Shown in pieces: positions 48,943-61,419 of a DNA stretch of 64,000 nucleotides (position 1 is its first letter; every line of letters starts with the position of its first letter). The notes beneath the pieces were generated by a model. The model saw only the letters and a list, made by a program, of their open reading frames with translations. It made no database searches and was not told the DNA's origin. Origin of the DNA: Macrostomum lignano. Lineage: Eukaryota. The position numbers were made by a program, and so were the translations under genes. The DNA lies in NCBI GenBank assembly GCA_002269645.1, contig NIVC01000963.1:166927-230926 (forward strand), written 5' to 3'.

Positions 48943-49451
48943 AAGCACCCACAGTCGTCAAACTTGAATCAGTTGCGCCAGGTTTTCGCTAAAAGCGCCC
49001 AGCCCCACTCACCAAGAGCCCTCAGCAATCTTGAGCTGGGCCTGCTCCGCTATCTGCCAACAATCAGCGCCAAGCATTTTATCTCATCTATAAATAAACC
49101 AAACAGTTGCCAAAAATGCGATCAACTTGAATTCAAAAATAAAAATTCTGTAATTCTACGAGCCTATAATTGCTAGTTTAGATCTGCCAGATCGGCATGA
49201 CAGCGATAAGCCATTGAAAGCAGCATTGCAGGTCTGCCGAAATTCTGTCACTGCATGAGCTGAGCTGCTGCAGACTTCGGTCCTTATCTCTGAGACACTT
49301 GCTCAGGTCACCCTAGCTCTCTCTCAAGACTTGATAGCTCTACTCACTCACTTTTGCCTCCAGATTTCATTGACCAAAGTCTTGAGAGGGTAGCAGCTCA
49401 CGTGTGGCATTGTGGCATTATGGCATTCAAAGCTATTCTATTCACAGCACA

Positions 49452-52400
49452 CCACTCACTCCAATCTCTCAGTCTCACTCACTCCAATCTCTCAGTCTCA
49501 CTCACTCCAATCTCTCAGTCTCGCTCACTCCAATCTCTAAGTCTCACTCACTCCAATCTCTCAGTCTCACTCACTCTAATCTCTTCAGTCTCACTCACTC
49601 CAATCTCTAAGTCTCACTCACTCCAATCTCTAAGTGAGACTCACTCACTCCAATCTCTCAGTCTCACTCACTCCAATCTCTCAGTCTCACTCACTCCAAT
49701 CTCTCAGTCTCACTCACTCTAATCTCTAAGTCTCACTCACTTCAATCTCTAAGTCTCACTCACTCCAATCTCTCAGTCTCACTCACTCCAATCTCTCAGT
49801 CTCACTCACTCCAATCTCTCAGTCTCGCTCACTCCAATCTCTAAGTCTCACTCACTCCAATCTCTCAGTCTCACTCACTCTAATCTCTTCAGTCTCACTC
49901 ACTCCAATCTCTCAGTCTCACTCACTCTAATCTCTTCAGTCTCACTCACTCCAATCTCTCAGTCTCAACAACTCCAATCTCTCAGTCTCACTCACTCTAA
50001 TCTCCAGTCTCATTCACTCCTGTCTCTTAGTCTCACTCACTCCAATCTCTCAGTCTCACTCGCTCCAATCTCTCAGTCTCACTCACTCCTGTCCAATCTC
50101 CAGTCTCACTCACTCCAATCTCCAGTCTCACTCACTCCTGTCTCTTAGTCTCACTCACTCCAATCCCTCAGTCTCACTCACTCCTGTCCAATCTCCAGTC
50201 TCACTCACTCCTGTCCAATCTCCAGTCTCACTCACTCCAATCTCTAAGTCTCACTCACTCCAATCTCTAAGTCTCACTCACTCCAATCTCTAAGTCTCAC
50301 TCACTCCAATCTCTAAGTCTCACTCACTCCAATCTCTAAGTCTCACTCACTCCAATCTCTCAGTCTCACTCACTCCAATCTCTTCAGTCTCACTCACTCC
50401 AATCTCTCAGTCTCACTCACTCCAATCTCTCAGTCTCACTCACTCCAATCTCTCAGTCTCACTCACTCCAATCTCCAGTCTCACTCACTCCTGTCTCTTA
50501 GTCTCACTCAGTCCAATCTCTCAGTCTCACTCACTCCAATCTCTCAGTCTCACTCACTCCAATCTCTCAGTCTCACTCACTCCTGTCCAATCTCCAGTCT
50601 CACTCACCCCAATCTCTCAGTCTCACTCACTCCTGTCCAATCTCCAGTCTCACTCACTCCAATCTCTCAGTCTCACTCACTCCAGTTTCTCAGTCTCACT
50701 CACTCCAATCTCTCAGTCTCACTCACTCCAGTTTCTCAGTCTCACTCACTCCAATCTCTCAGTCTCACTCACTCCAATCTCTCAGTCTCACTCGCTCCAA
50801 TCTCTCAGTCTCACTCACTCCTGTCCAATCTCCAGTCTTCCTCACTCCAATCTCTCCGTCTCACTCACTCCAATCTCTCAGTCTCACTCACTCCTGTCTC
50901 TTAGTCTCACTCACTCCAATCCCTCAGTCTCACTCACTCCTGTCCAATCTCCAGTCTCACTCACTCCAATCTCTAAGTCTCACTCACTCCAATCTCTAAG
51001 TCTCACTCACTCCAATCTCTAAGTCTCACTCACTCTAATCTCCAAGTCTCACTCACTCCAATCTCTAAGTCTCACTCACTCCAATCTCTAAGTCTCACTC
51101 ACTCCTGTCTCTTAGTCTCACTCACTCCAATCTCTCAGTCTCACTCACTCCAATCTCTCAGTCTCACTCACTCCAATCTCTCAGTCTCACTCACTCCAAT
51201 CTCTCAGTCTCACTCACTCCAATCTCTCAGTCTCACTCACTCCAATCTCTCAGTCTCACTCACTCCAATCTCTCAGTCTCACTCACTCCTGTCCAATCTC
51301 CAGTCTCACTCACCCCAATCTCTCAGTCTCACTCACTCCTGTCCAATCTCCAGTCTCACTCACTCCAATCTCTCAGTCTCACTCACTCCAGTTTCTCAGT
51401 CTCACTCACTCCAATCTCTCAGTCTCACTCACTCCAATCTCTCAGTCTCACTCACTCCAATCTCTGTCTCAGTCACTCCAATCTATCAGTCTCACTCACT
51501 CCAGTTTCTCAGTCTCACTCACTCCAATCTCTCAGTCTCACTCACTCCAATCTCTCAGTCTCACTCACTCCAATCTCTCAGTCTCACTCACTCCAATCTC
51601 TGTCTCATTCACTCCAATCTATCAGTCTCACTCACTCAAATCTCTCAGTCTCACTCACTCCAATCTCTCAGTCTCACTCACTCCAATCTCTAAGTCTCAC
51701 TCACTCCAATCTCTCAGTCTCACTCACTCCAATCTCTCAGTCTCACTCACTCCAATCTCTCAGTCTCACTCACTCCAATCTCTCAGTCTCACTCACTCCA
51801 ATCTCTAAGTCTCACTCACTCCAATCTCTAAGTCTCACTCAGTCCAATCTCTAAGTCTCACTCACTGTAATCTCTCAGTCTCACTCACTCCAATCTCTCA
51901 GTCTCGCTCACTCCAATCTCTCAGTCTCACTCACTCCAATCTCTCAGTCTCACTCACTCCTGTCTCTTAGTCTCACTCACTCCAATCCCTCAGTCTCACT
52001 CACTCCTGTCCAATCTCCAGTCTCACTCACTCCTGTCCAATCTCCAGTCGCACTCACTCCAATCTCTAAGTCTCACTCACTCCAATCTCTAAGTCTCACT
52101 CACTCCAATCTCTAAGTCTCACTCACTCTAATCTCCAAGTCTCACTCACTCCAATCTCTAAGTCTCACTCACTCCAATCTCTAAGTCTCACTCACTCCTG
52201 TCTCTTAGTCTCACTCACTCCAATCTCTCAGTCTCACTCACTCCAATCTCTCAGTCTCACTCACTCCAATCTCTCAGTCTCACTCACTCCAATCTCTCAG
52301 TCTCACTCACTCCAATCTCTCAGTCTCACTCACTCCAATCTCTCAGTCTCACTCACTCCAATCTCTCAGTCTCACTCACTCCTGTCCAATCTCCAGTCTC

Positions 52401-54455
52401 ACTCACTCCAATCTCTCAGTCTCACTCACTCCAGTTTCTCAGTCTCACTCACTCCAATCTCTCAGTCTCACTCACTCCAATCTCTCAGTCTCACTCACTC
52501 CAATCTCTGTCTCAGTCACTCCAATCTATCAGTCTCACTCACTCCAGTTTCTCAGTCTCACTCACTCCAATCTCTCAGTCTCACTCACTCCAATCTCTCA
52601 GTCTCACTCACTCCAATCTCTCAGTCTCACTCACTCCAATCTCTGTCTCATTCACTCCAATCTATCAGTCTCACTCACTCAAATCTCTCAGTCTCACTCA
52701 CTCCAATCTCTCAGTCTCACTCACTCCAATCTCTCAGTCTCACTCACTCCAATCTCTCAGTCTCACTCACTCCAATCTCTCAGTCTCACTCACTCCAATC
52801 TCTCAGTCTCACTCACTCCAATCTCTCAGTCTCACTCACTCCAATCTCTAAGTCTCACTCACTCCAATCTCTAAGTCTCACTCAGTCCAATCTCTAAGTC
52901 TCACTCACTTCAATCTCTAAGTCTCACTCACTCCAATCTCTCAGTCTCGCTCACTCCAATCTCTAAGTCTCACTCACTCCAATCTCTCAGTCTCACTCAC
53001 TCTAATCTCTTCAGTCTCACTCACTCCAATCTCTCAGTCTCACTCACTCTAATCTCTTCAGTCTCACTCACTCCAATCTCTCAGTCTCAACAACTCCAAT
53101 CTCTCAGTCTCACTCACTCTAATCTCCAGTCTCATTCACTCCTGTCTCTTAGTCTCACTCACTCCAATCTCTCAGTCTCACTCGCTCCAATCTCTCAGTC
53201 TCACTCACTCCTGTCCAATCTCCAGTCTCACTCACTCCAATCTCCAGTCTCACTCACTCCTGTCTCTTAGTCTCACTCACTCCAATCCCTCAGTCTCACT
53301 CACTCCTGTCCAATCTCCAGTCTCACTCACTCCTGTCCAATCTCCAGTCTCACTCACTCCAATCTCTAAGTCTCACTCACTCCAATCTCTAAGTCTCACT
53401 CACTCCAATCTCTAAGTCTCACTCACTCCAATCTCTCAGTCTCACTCACTCCAATCTCTCAGTCTCACTCACTCCTGTCCAATCTCCAGTCTCACTCACC
53501 CCAATCTCTCAGTCTCACTCACTCCTGTCCAATCTCCAGTCTCACTCACTCCAATCTCTCAGTCTCACTCACTCCAGTTTCTCAGTCTCACTCACTCCAA
53601 TCTCTCAGTCTCACTCACTCCAGTTTCTCAGTCTCACTCACTCCAATCTCTCAGTCTCACTCACTCCAATCTCTCAGTCTCACTCACTCCAATCTCTCAG
53701 TCTCACTCACTCCAATCTCTCAGTCTCACTCACTCCAATCTCTAAGTCTCACTCACTCCAGTCTCTCAGTCTCACTCACTCCAATCTCTCAGTCTCACTC
53801 ACTCCAATCTCTCAGTCTCACTCACTCCAATCTCTCAGTCTCACTCACTCCAATCTCCAGTCTCACTCACTCCTGTCTCTTAGTCTCACTCAGTCCAATC
53901 TCTCAGTCTCACTCACTCCAATCTCTCAGTCTCACTCACTCCAATCTCTCAGTCTCACTCACTCCTGTCCAATCTCCAGTCTCACTCACCCCAATCTCTC
54001 AGTCTCACTCACTCCTGTCCAATCTCCAGTCTCACTCACTCCAATCTCTCAGTCTCACTCACTCCAGTTTCTCAGTCTCACTCACTCCAATCTCTCAGTC
54101 TCACTCACTCCAGTTTCTCAGTCTCACTCACTCCAATCTCTCAGTCTCACTCACTCCAATCTCTCAGTCTCACTCACTCCAATCTCTCAGTCTCACTCAC
54201 TCCAATCTCTCAGTCTCACTCACTCCAATCTCTAAGTCTCACTCACTCCAGTCTCTCAGTCTCACTCACTCCAATCTCTCAGTCTCACTCACTCCAATCT
54301 CTCAGTCTCACTCACTCCAATCTCTCAGTCTCACTCACTCCAATCTCCAGTCTCACTCACTCCTGTCTCTTAGTCTCACTCAGTCCAATCTCTCAGTCTC
54401 ACTCACTCCAATCTCTCAGTCTCACTCACTCCAATCTCTCAGTCTCACTCAGTCC
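49452..54455. repeat. ~5-kb satellite, 22-23-bp unit TCTCAGTCTCACTCACTCCAATC, with higher-order duplications
   Basis: Over 200 units; rare variant markers recur at fixed offsets. Confidence 0.97.
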
Positions 54456-54949
54456 TCAGCTTCTCAATACCAAAGATGGGAGAGTTACGCTCCCCAGTTG
54501 CAGCTAATTCCGCAGTGATTCAAAGCTGACCTGCAACCCACCCACCCAAACTACAGGCCAAAAATAGGTACAAAAAGGCTAACAACTGCTGGTCACAGCC
54601 TCCTCTGCGCTCCTTCAATTGATCCAGAAATGCCAGCTACGGCACTGCAGTGCCTGGCGGGTCCCCTCACTCTGCATGCAATGCCTTCTTTGCAACCAAA
54701 CCGTTCAAAGCGGTCGTCTGACTCTCTGCCCCTCCACCCCAAAAAAAAAACTTGAGGGCGGGAGGTAAGAGGGTTGGGGCTTTGAATTTAGTCAGGGACT
54801 TCTCTATACAAGTTCCTGGACTGGAATCTTCATGGAATAGACATGGGTTCACACATCACTGTAAAATCAAGGGAGTTAAAACAGCTTCTTGAGTACTTCG
54901 CACCAAGACAGGACCGAATTTTTGAAGGCCTTCTTCAGTGACATAATGA

Positions 54950-55295
54950 AAAACTCTCCTTTCCTCTCCTCTCTTCTCTTCTTCTCTCCCCTCCTCTCCC
55001 CTCTCTCCTCTCCTCTCCTATACTCTCCTCTCCTCTTCACATCTCCTCTCCTCTCCACCCTTAGTCTTCACATCGCCTCTCCTTTCTTCACATCTCTTCT
55101 CCCCTCCCCCCCCTCCTCTCCTCTCCTCTCCTCTCCTCTCCTCTCCTCTCCTCTCCTCTCCTCTCCTCTCCTCTCCACTCTTCTCTCCTCTTTTCTCTCC
55201 TTCTCTCATCTACTCTACTAGCTCCTCTCTTCACATCTCCTCTCCTCTCCTCTCCTTTCCATTCTTCACATCTCTTCTCTCTCCCCTCCTCTTCT
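54950..55295. repeat. (CCTCT)n-like polypyrimidine tract
   Basis: Read directly. Confidence 0.9.
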
Positions 55296-56002
55296 AAATT
55301 CTCAAGATTCTTTTCAAAAAGTTAGCCGACCTTTGCTCTAGCCCCAATAAGGTTAGATGCATGTAGGCAGGAGCTTCCAGTCCAGATGCTATACTTTGAG
55401 AAGTCCCTGTCTTTAGTCAGCTTTAAAGAGAGGGGGGCTGTGGCTGAACAGAGGCGCCGAGCGACCGCCCCCTTCCGCGGACAGCCCCCCCCCCCCAACA
55501 GCCGCAGCCCCAGAGCCTTATCAGGCCGCGGCGCGGACACAGGCAGGTAAGGAGGCCGGCCTTCACCTCCCTCCGTTTATCGCCAGCCAGCCAGATGAAT
55601 TTACGCACTTCGTAGCCCCAAATAGAATTCGCATATTGGGACGCTCAGCTTTTGTTAACCTACAAGCCACCAAGTGCAGCCGACGCCACGCAGCGGGCTC
55701 GGGGCCCGGTAAGGCCACTCCCCAGTGTACAGTCCGTGTGCGCCGGTGCCCAACCTCCACCTCCTGACCTCCACCGCCCGCCATTCATTGGCCTCTTAAA
55801 ACACCAACAGAAGGCCGCAACAAACGCGTGTTCTGCCAACAGCGCCACCCACCCCAACTCCAACAGCACAGTTCTTGCTTGCCGGGTCTGTCTTAAAAGC
55901 GTTCGTTCATCTTGCTTGCCCGTGTGCAGACCCAGACCCGGGCAGACCCAGATAGGCAAACAAGAAGAAGACTGAGAAGAAACACGAAGCCAGGAAAAGG
56001 AA

Positions 56003-57924
56003 ATGACTGCTCAACACCGACTGCTCACTCTGTCTCTGCTGTTGCTGGGCTGCCTAGCAACCAGCCGGGCGACTCTGGTCGTCACTGGCACCACCTACAC
56101 TGTGAAGCTGGTGGAGGGCCGTGAGGGCGAGCCAAAGTACGTGCTGAGCAGGCAGTACCTGGATGTGCTGGAGTGCAGCATGTACGCCTCCGACAGCTCA
56201 AAGCTGGTTGACCCGAAAATCGACTGGAAAATCGAAGGCTCCAACGACACTCTGGACTCGCGCTTCAGCTTCAGTGGCCGGCTGTCCGAGGATAAAAAGA
56301 ATTTCACCTCCACCCTCAGCGTGCGGCGGCCAGAGAACAAGCACGTCACCAACTACACCTGCACAGGTGGGACTGACTTCCGCTCACTTTACTGGAATCT
56401 GAAGTATGTGTTGCCAGCTGGGGTTGTGCTGCCAGCTGGGGTGTGTGTTGCCAGCTGGGGTGTGTGTTGCCAGCTGGGGTGTGTGTTGTCAGCTGGGGTG
56501 TGTGTTGTCAGCTGGGGTATGTGTTGCCAGCTGGGGTGTGTGTTGTCAGCTGGGGTGTGTGTTGCCAGCTGGGGTGTGTGTTGTCAGCTGGGGTGTGTGT
56601 TGTCAGCTGGGGTTGTGCTGCCAGCTGGGGTGTGTGTTGCCAGCTGGGGTATGTGTTGCCAGCTGGGGTGTGTGTTGTCAGCTGGGGTGTGTGTTGTCAG
56701 CTGGGGTTGTGTTGCCAGCTGGGGTTGTGCTGCCAGCTGGGGTGTGTGTTGCTAGCCGGAGTGTGTGTTGCCAGCTGGGGTGTGTGTTGCTAGCCGGGGT
56801 ATGTGTTGCCAGCTGTTGTATATGTAAAAAAGCCGCAGGCTCATCAGTCCGCATGGCTCCACCGCTTTCAGGCAGCGCGACGGACCAGCCGGAGGCGCAG
56901 GGCCGGGCCCGCCTGCAGTCCAAGCCGCTCATCAGCTTCAAGATCGACGGCGTGACCATGTCGGATGTGGGCGCCTGGCCCGGCCAGGACATCCAGATGA
57001 GCTGCATAGTGGAGGGAAACCCCGCGGGCAGCCCGGAGTGGAAGCGGGAGAAGGACGGAGCCACCATCGGGAACGGCACGGCGAACCTGGTGCTGGAGGC
57101 CGTCAACTACGATGAGCACCGGGGCTTCTACACCTGCAGGTGACTGGCGCTTTGCCAGATAATTAATTATGATTAGCTAGCTTCATTTCGTACATGTTTG
57201 TACTTTGAGTATCGGGTGCATTTCCGGAACTTTATACAGTACAATGTCATTGTCAGAGTTCCAAATTATAGTGTCAGGAGGTCCAAAAATTAGAAGAAAC
57301 TTTCAAACATAGGGTGTCAGGAGCTCAATAAGTAGGGTGTCAGGAGCTCAATAAGTAGGGTGTCAGGGGCTCATTAGTTAGGGTGTCAGGAGTTCATTAG
57401 TAAGGGTGTCAGGAGCTCATTAGTTAAGGTGTCAGGAGTTCATTAGAAAGGGTATCAGGAGTTCAATAAGAGGGTGTCAGGAGCTTATTAAGTGGGTGTC
57501 AGGAGCTCATTAGTTAGGGTGTCAGCAGCTCATTAAGTAGGGTGTCAGCAGCTCATTAAGTAGGGTGTCAGCAGCTTTTTAAGTAGGGTGTCAGCAGCTC
57601 CTTAAGTAGGGTGTCAGCAGCTCATTAAGAGGGTGTCAGCTCATTGAGAGGGTGTCAGGAGCTCAAACTGTGTCACGAGGGTCTCAAACGCCAGGTACCA
57701 GCAGCTCAGCCCGCCCGAACCCTTGCAGCGCGAACAACAGCCAGGGCACGAACGCCGCCAAGATCTTCCTTCGGGTGAAGCACCCGCAGGCGTACCTGAC
57801 CCCTATGATCATCATCATTGTGGAGGTGATCATCATCGCCATAATCGTGGCGGTGTACGAGTACTTCATGTACAAAAAGCACAAGCAGGCTGAGGCGGAG
57901 GGCGAGGCGTACAAGACGGACTGA
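56003..57924 (+). CDS. Basigin/neuroplastin-like two-Ig-domain type I membrane protein, 275 aa
   Basis: Exons 56003-56366, 56872-57139 and 57729-57924 are in phase. Signal peptide, two Ig domains (C...W...YTC twice), and TM LTPMIIIIVEVIIIAIIVAVYE with the intramembrane Glu typical of basigin. Confidence 0.88.
56408..56816. repeat. ~19-bp minisatellite GCCAGCTGGGGTGTGTGTT, intronic
   Basis: About 22 units. Confidence 0.93.
57311..57664. repeat. ~23-bp minisatellite AGGGTGTCAGGAGCTCATTAAGT, intronic
   Basis: About 15 degenerate units. Confidence 0.9.
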
Positions 57925-58694
57925 TAGTCTGGTTTGCTGCACTTGAAGGCTTTAATTGGTTCTAAACACCAGCGGCCTTGCAGTGCCTGTATTTGCCACC
58001 ATGCGGATTGCCGGTAGGGGGATTTCCGAGTTGGGGAGACTGAGCCCCATCTGAACTCAGAGAAGACCAGTTTGTGACACTTGCTCAGCGAATGCGTTGT
58101 TGCTGATGCTAATTTTAGACTCACCATTTCCTGTCATCACAAATTTGTTTATAACCCAGCGGTAAGTGACAGCACAGAGCTTCATCAAATGCTGTATTTT
58201 CTACCCTGAAACCCCCAGTTGCCTTAATCCGTCATTTTCTTCCCCTCTTCTCTCTCTGAAATATAGCTCTTATCAAGCAGTTTGTTCTGCAGCACCTGTG
58301 TATCAAAGCTCCCCAGCTCGGCACTTGATCGCCCCATACAAATTTCATTGTCTGCTCGCTTAGAACTACATAACACATTATATAGTAAAGTGTTACTGTG
58401 AGAATTGAAAATTACCTAATTAATGTGCTGTTAACTTGAAACAACGAACGAAGAAAATAAATTTTGCTTTCGTAATTTTTTTCTAAACGAGTTTTCTAAA
58501 CATTTCCAAGCTGATTTTATTTATAAGACTGCGACTGCTACTGACAGTACCACGTTGGGTGTTGCTGAGCATTTTTTTCATCTGTTTAATTTAGTTGTCA
58601 ATCTTTATCTCAGTAACAACTTATACGGTTGAGTAAATGCAATGTCGGACAAGTCTAATTTTGACATTTTGAGTTTGTCAGGCATGGGTCACAC

Positions 58695-59083
58695 TCGGAC
58701 AGACGCAGGTCACACTCTGTCAGACGCGGGTCAGAGCCGGTCAGACGCGGGTCAGAGTCGGCCAGACGCGGGTCAGAGTCGGCCAGACGCGGGTTAGAGT
58801 CGGCCAGACGCGGGTCAGAGCTGGTCAGACGCGGGTCAGAGCCGGTCAGACGCGGGTCAGAGTCGGCCAGACGCGGGTTAGAGTCGGCCAGACGCGGGTC
58901 AGAGCCGGTCAGACGCGGGTCACACTCGGTTAGACGCGGGTCAGAGTCGGTCAGACGCAGGTCAGAGTCGGCCAGACGCGGGTTAGAGTCGGCCAGACGC
59001 GGGTCAGAGCCGGTCAGACGCGGGTCAGACGCGGGTCAGAGTCGGTCAGACGCGGGTCAGAGTCGGTCAGACGCGGGTCAGAG
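58695..59083. repeat. 21-bp minisatellite CAGACGCGGGTCAGAGTCGG(C/T) abutting the HDHD2 stop codon
   Basis: About 18 units. Confidence 0.92.
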
Positions 59084-61419
59084 TCAACGCCTGTCGCGCA
59101 GGATGAGGCGCACAGCATCCAGCGCAGTGTCGCAGACAGCGGTGGGCGGCGCCTCGCAGTCTGCCCGGGCCTCGTCGCCGGCGCGGTACTTGCCGGTGCG
59201 CACCAGAATGGCGCGCAGGCCGGAGCGCACGGCGCCCGCAACGTCGTCCTCTGCATCGTCGCCGATCATCACAGCGCAGGCGGGCGCGGCAGCGTCAGCG
59301 CCGAGAACTGACTGCGGAGGCGGGTGGCCGCGATGTTGAGGTGACGTTGGAGATCTCTGCCGCTCAAGAGAGTCACCCAAATCTACCCGTGTATCCCCTC
59401 TGCCCTTTCGATTCCACCCTCCAGTGTCTCTCTCTACCCTCCAGTGTCTCTCTACCCTCCAGTGTCTCTAACCCTCCAGTGTCTCTCTCTACCCTCCAGT
59501 GTCTCTCTACCCTCCAGTGTCTCTCTACCCTCCAGTGTCTCTACCCTCCAGTGTCTCTCTACCCTCCAGTGTCTCTAACCCTCCAGTGTCTCTCTACCCT
59601 CCAGTGTCTCTAACCCTCCAGTGTCTCTCTCTACCCTCCAGTGTCTCTCTACCCTCCTGTCTCTCTCTACCCTCCAGTGTCTCTCTACCCTCCACTGTCT
59701 CTCTACCCTCCTGTCTCTCTCTACCCTCCTGTCTCTCTCTACCCTCCAGTGTCTCTCTACCCTCCTGTCTCTCTCTACCCTCCTGTCTCTCTCTACCTCC
59801 AGTGTCTCTCTACCCTCCTGTCTCTCTCTACCCTCCTGTCTCTCTCTACCCTCCTGTCTCTCTCTACCTCCTGTCTCTCTCTACCCTCCTGTCTCTCTCT
59901 ACCCTCCAGTGTCTCTCTACCCTCCAGTGTCTCTCTACCCTCCTGTCTCTCTCTACCCTCCTGTCTCTCTCTACCCTCCAGTGTCTCTCTACCCTCCTGT
60001 CTCTCTCTACCCTCCTGTCTCTCTCTACCCTCCTGTCTCTCTCTACCCTCCTGTCTCTCTCTACCCTCCAGTGTCTCTCTACCCTCCTGTCTCTCTCTAC
60101 CCTCCAGTGTCTCTCTACCCTCCTGTCTCTCTCTACCCTCCTGTCTCTCTCTACCCTCCAGTGTCTATCTACCATCCTGTCTCTCTCTACCCTTCAGTGT
60201 CGCATTCTACAATCAGTGTCTCTCTACCCTCCAGTGTCTTCTACTCACCCACGCTCACCTCAAAGAACGCAGGTGTAGGCTTGCCGAAGGCCTGTGCCGA
60301 GCGGCCGCAGGCGAACTCCAGCGCGGTGACGAACGGCCCGGGGCCCAGCCGCAGCAGGCCGTCCCCGCTGCGCAGGTAGCGGCCCCGGTGCGCGGCCAGC
60401 AGAGGCGCCTCCGGTCTGTCCAGCAGCAGCCGCATGGCCCGGCTGAGATCCTGGTAGTTGAGCTTATCGGGAGCCAGGCCCACAACCACCGAGTCGAAGT
60501 CCGCACCGCCGGGCTCGACTTGGAAATCGGCGGCCGCGGATTCTGACAGCAGCAGGAGAGGCCGGCGGAGGCCCAGTCGGTTCGCGGCGTCGGCTGTGAC
60601 TGACAGGCTGGTGTGCAGCCGGCCGGGCTCCGGCTCGATACCCAGGCTGGCCAGGCGGGAAAGCAGGTCCGACCTGGGGGAGCGCCACAGCACTACTGTG
60701 TGAGTAGTCTGTTGGGGGCTTCTTCATGGCTAACAGAAAAAGTAGCTTAGCAGATTAGGGAGTGAGGGTGCAGTAGGGAGTGAGGGTGCAGTAGGGAGTG
60801 GGGGTGCAGTAGGGAGTGAGGGTGCAGTAGTAGTGAGGGTGCGGTAGGAGTGAGGGTGCGGTAGGAGTGAGGGTGCGGTAGGGAGTGAGGTGCAGTAGGA
60901 GTGAGGGTGCAGTAGGAGTGAGGGTGCAGTAGGAGTGAGGGTGCAGTAGGAGTGAGGGTGCAGTAGGAGTGAGGGTGCAGTAGTAGTGAGGGTGCGGTAG
61001 GAGTGAGGGTGCGGTAGAGTGAGGGTGCGGTAGGGAGTGAGGGTGCAGTAGGAGTGAGGGTGCAGTAGGGAGTGGGGGTGCAGTAGGGAGTGAGGTGCAG
61101 TAGGGAGTGGGGTGCGGTAGGGAATGAGGGTTCAATAGCTAAGCTGTGAAACTGTGATGCAAATTGCATCAGCCGCAGTTGAGAGAAGAGCTGCAGGTGA
61201 GGTGTGAATTGGGTCAATTAGCTGTATGATCTGAGAAAATCACCACAAAATGATCCAACCACACTGACCTTCCTTCCTTGCTAGTGTTGGACACAAAGTC
61301 CACAGCAAGACCAGCTGCTTTAGCCTCAGCCAGAGCCTCAAGAGCTCCTGGTAGCAGCTGGTTTTCAATGTGCAAGGTGCACTAAGGTCAAATAGAATGC
61401 GTCGTACCCCAGCAAACAT
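59084..61419 (-). CDS. HDHD2: HAD-superfamily phosphatase HDHD2; 1-nt frameshift in exon 1 as sequenced
   Basis: Exons 61269-61419, 60259-60673 and 59084-59311: MFAGVRRILFDLS[G]TLHIEN...FVSNTSKE, VVGLAP, LGPGPFVTALE, FGKP, MIGDDAEDDVAGA, RTGKYRAGDE. Exon 1 is 151 nt but 152 are needed for phase. Confidence 0.9.
59405..60240. repeat. 19-21-bp minisatellite CTCTACCCTCC(A)GTGTCT / CTCTACCCTCCTGTCTCT in HDHD2 intron 2
   Basis: Read directly. Confidence 0.95.
60757..61127. repeat. 18-19-bp minisatellite GAGTGAGGGTGC(A/G)GTAG(G) in HDHD2 intron 1
   Basis: About 20 units. Confidence 0.93.

Noticed and set aside
57690-57728. Upstream acceptor (CCAG at ~57696) for basigin exon 3
   Set aside because: The acceptor at 57728 gives the conserved GFYTC-S-ANN Ig motif in phase 2 without an insertion.
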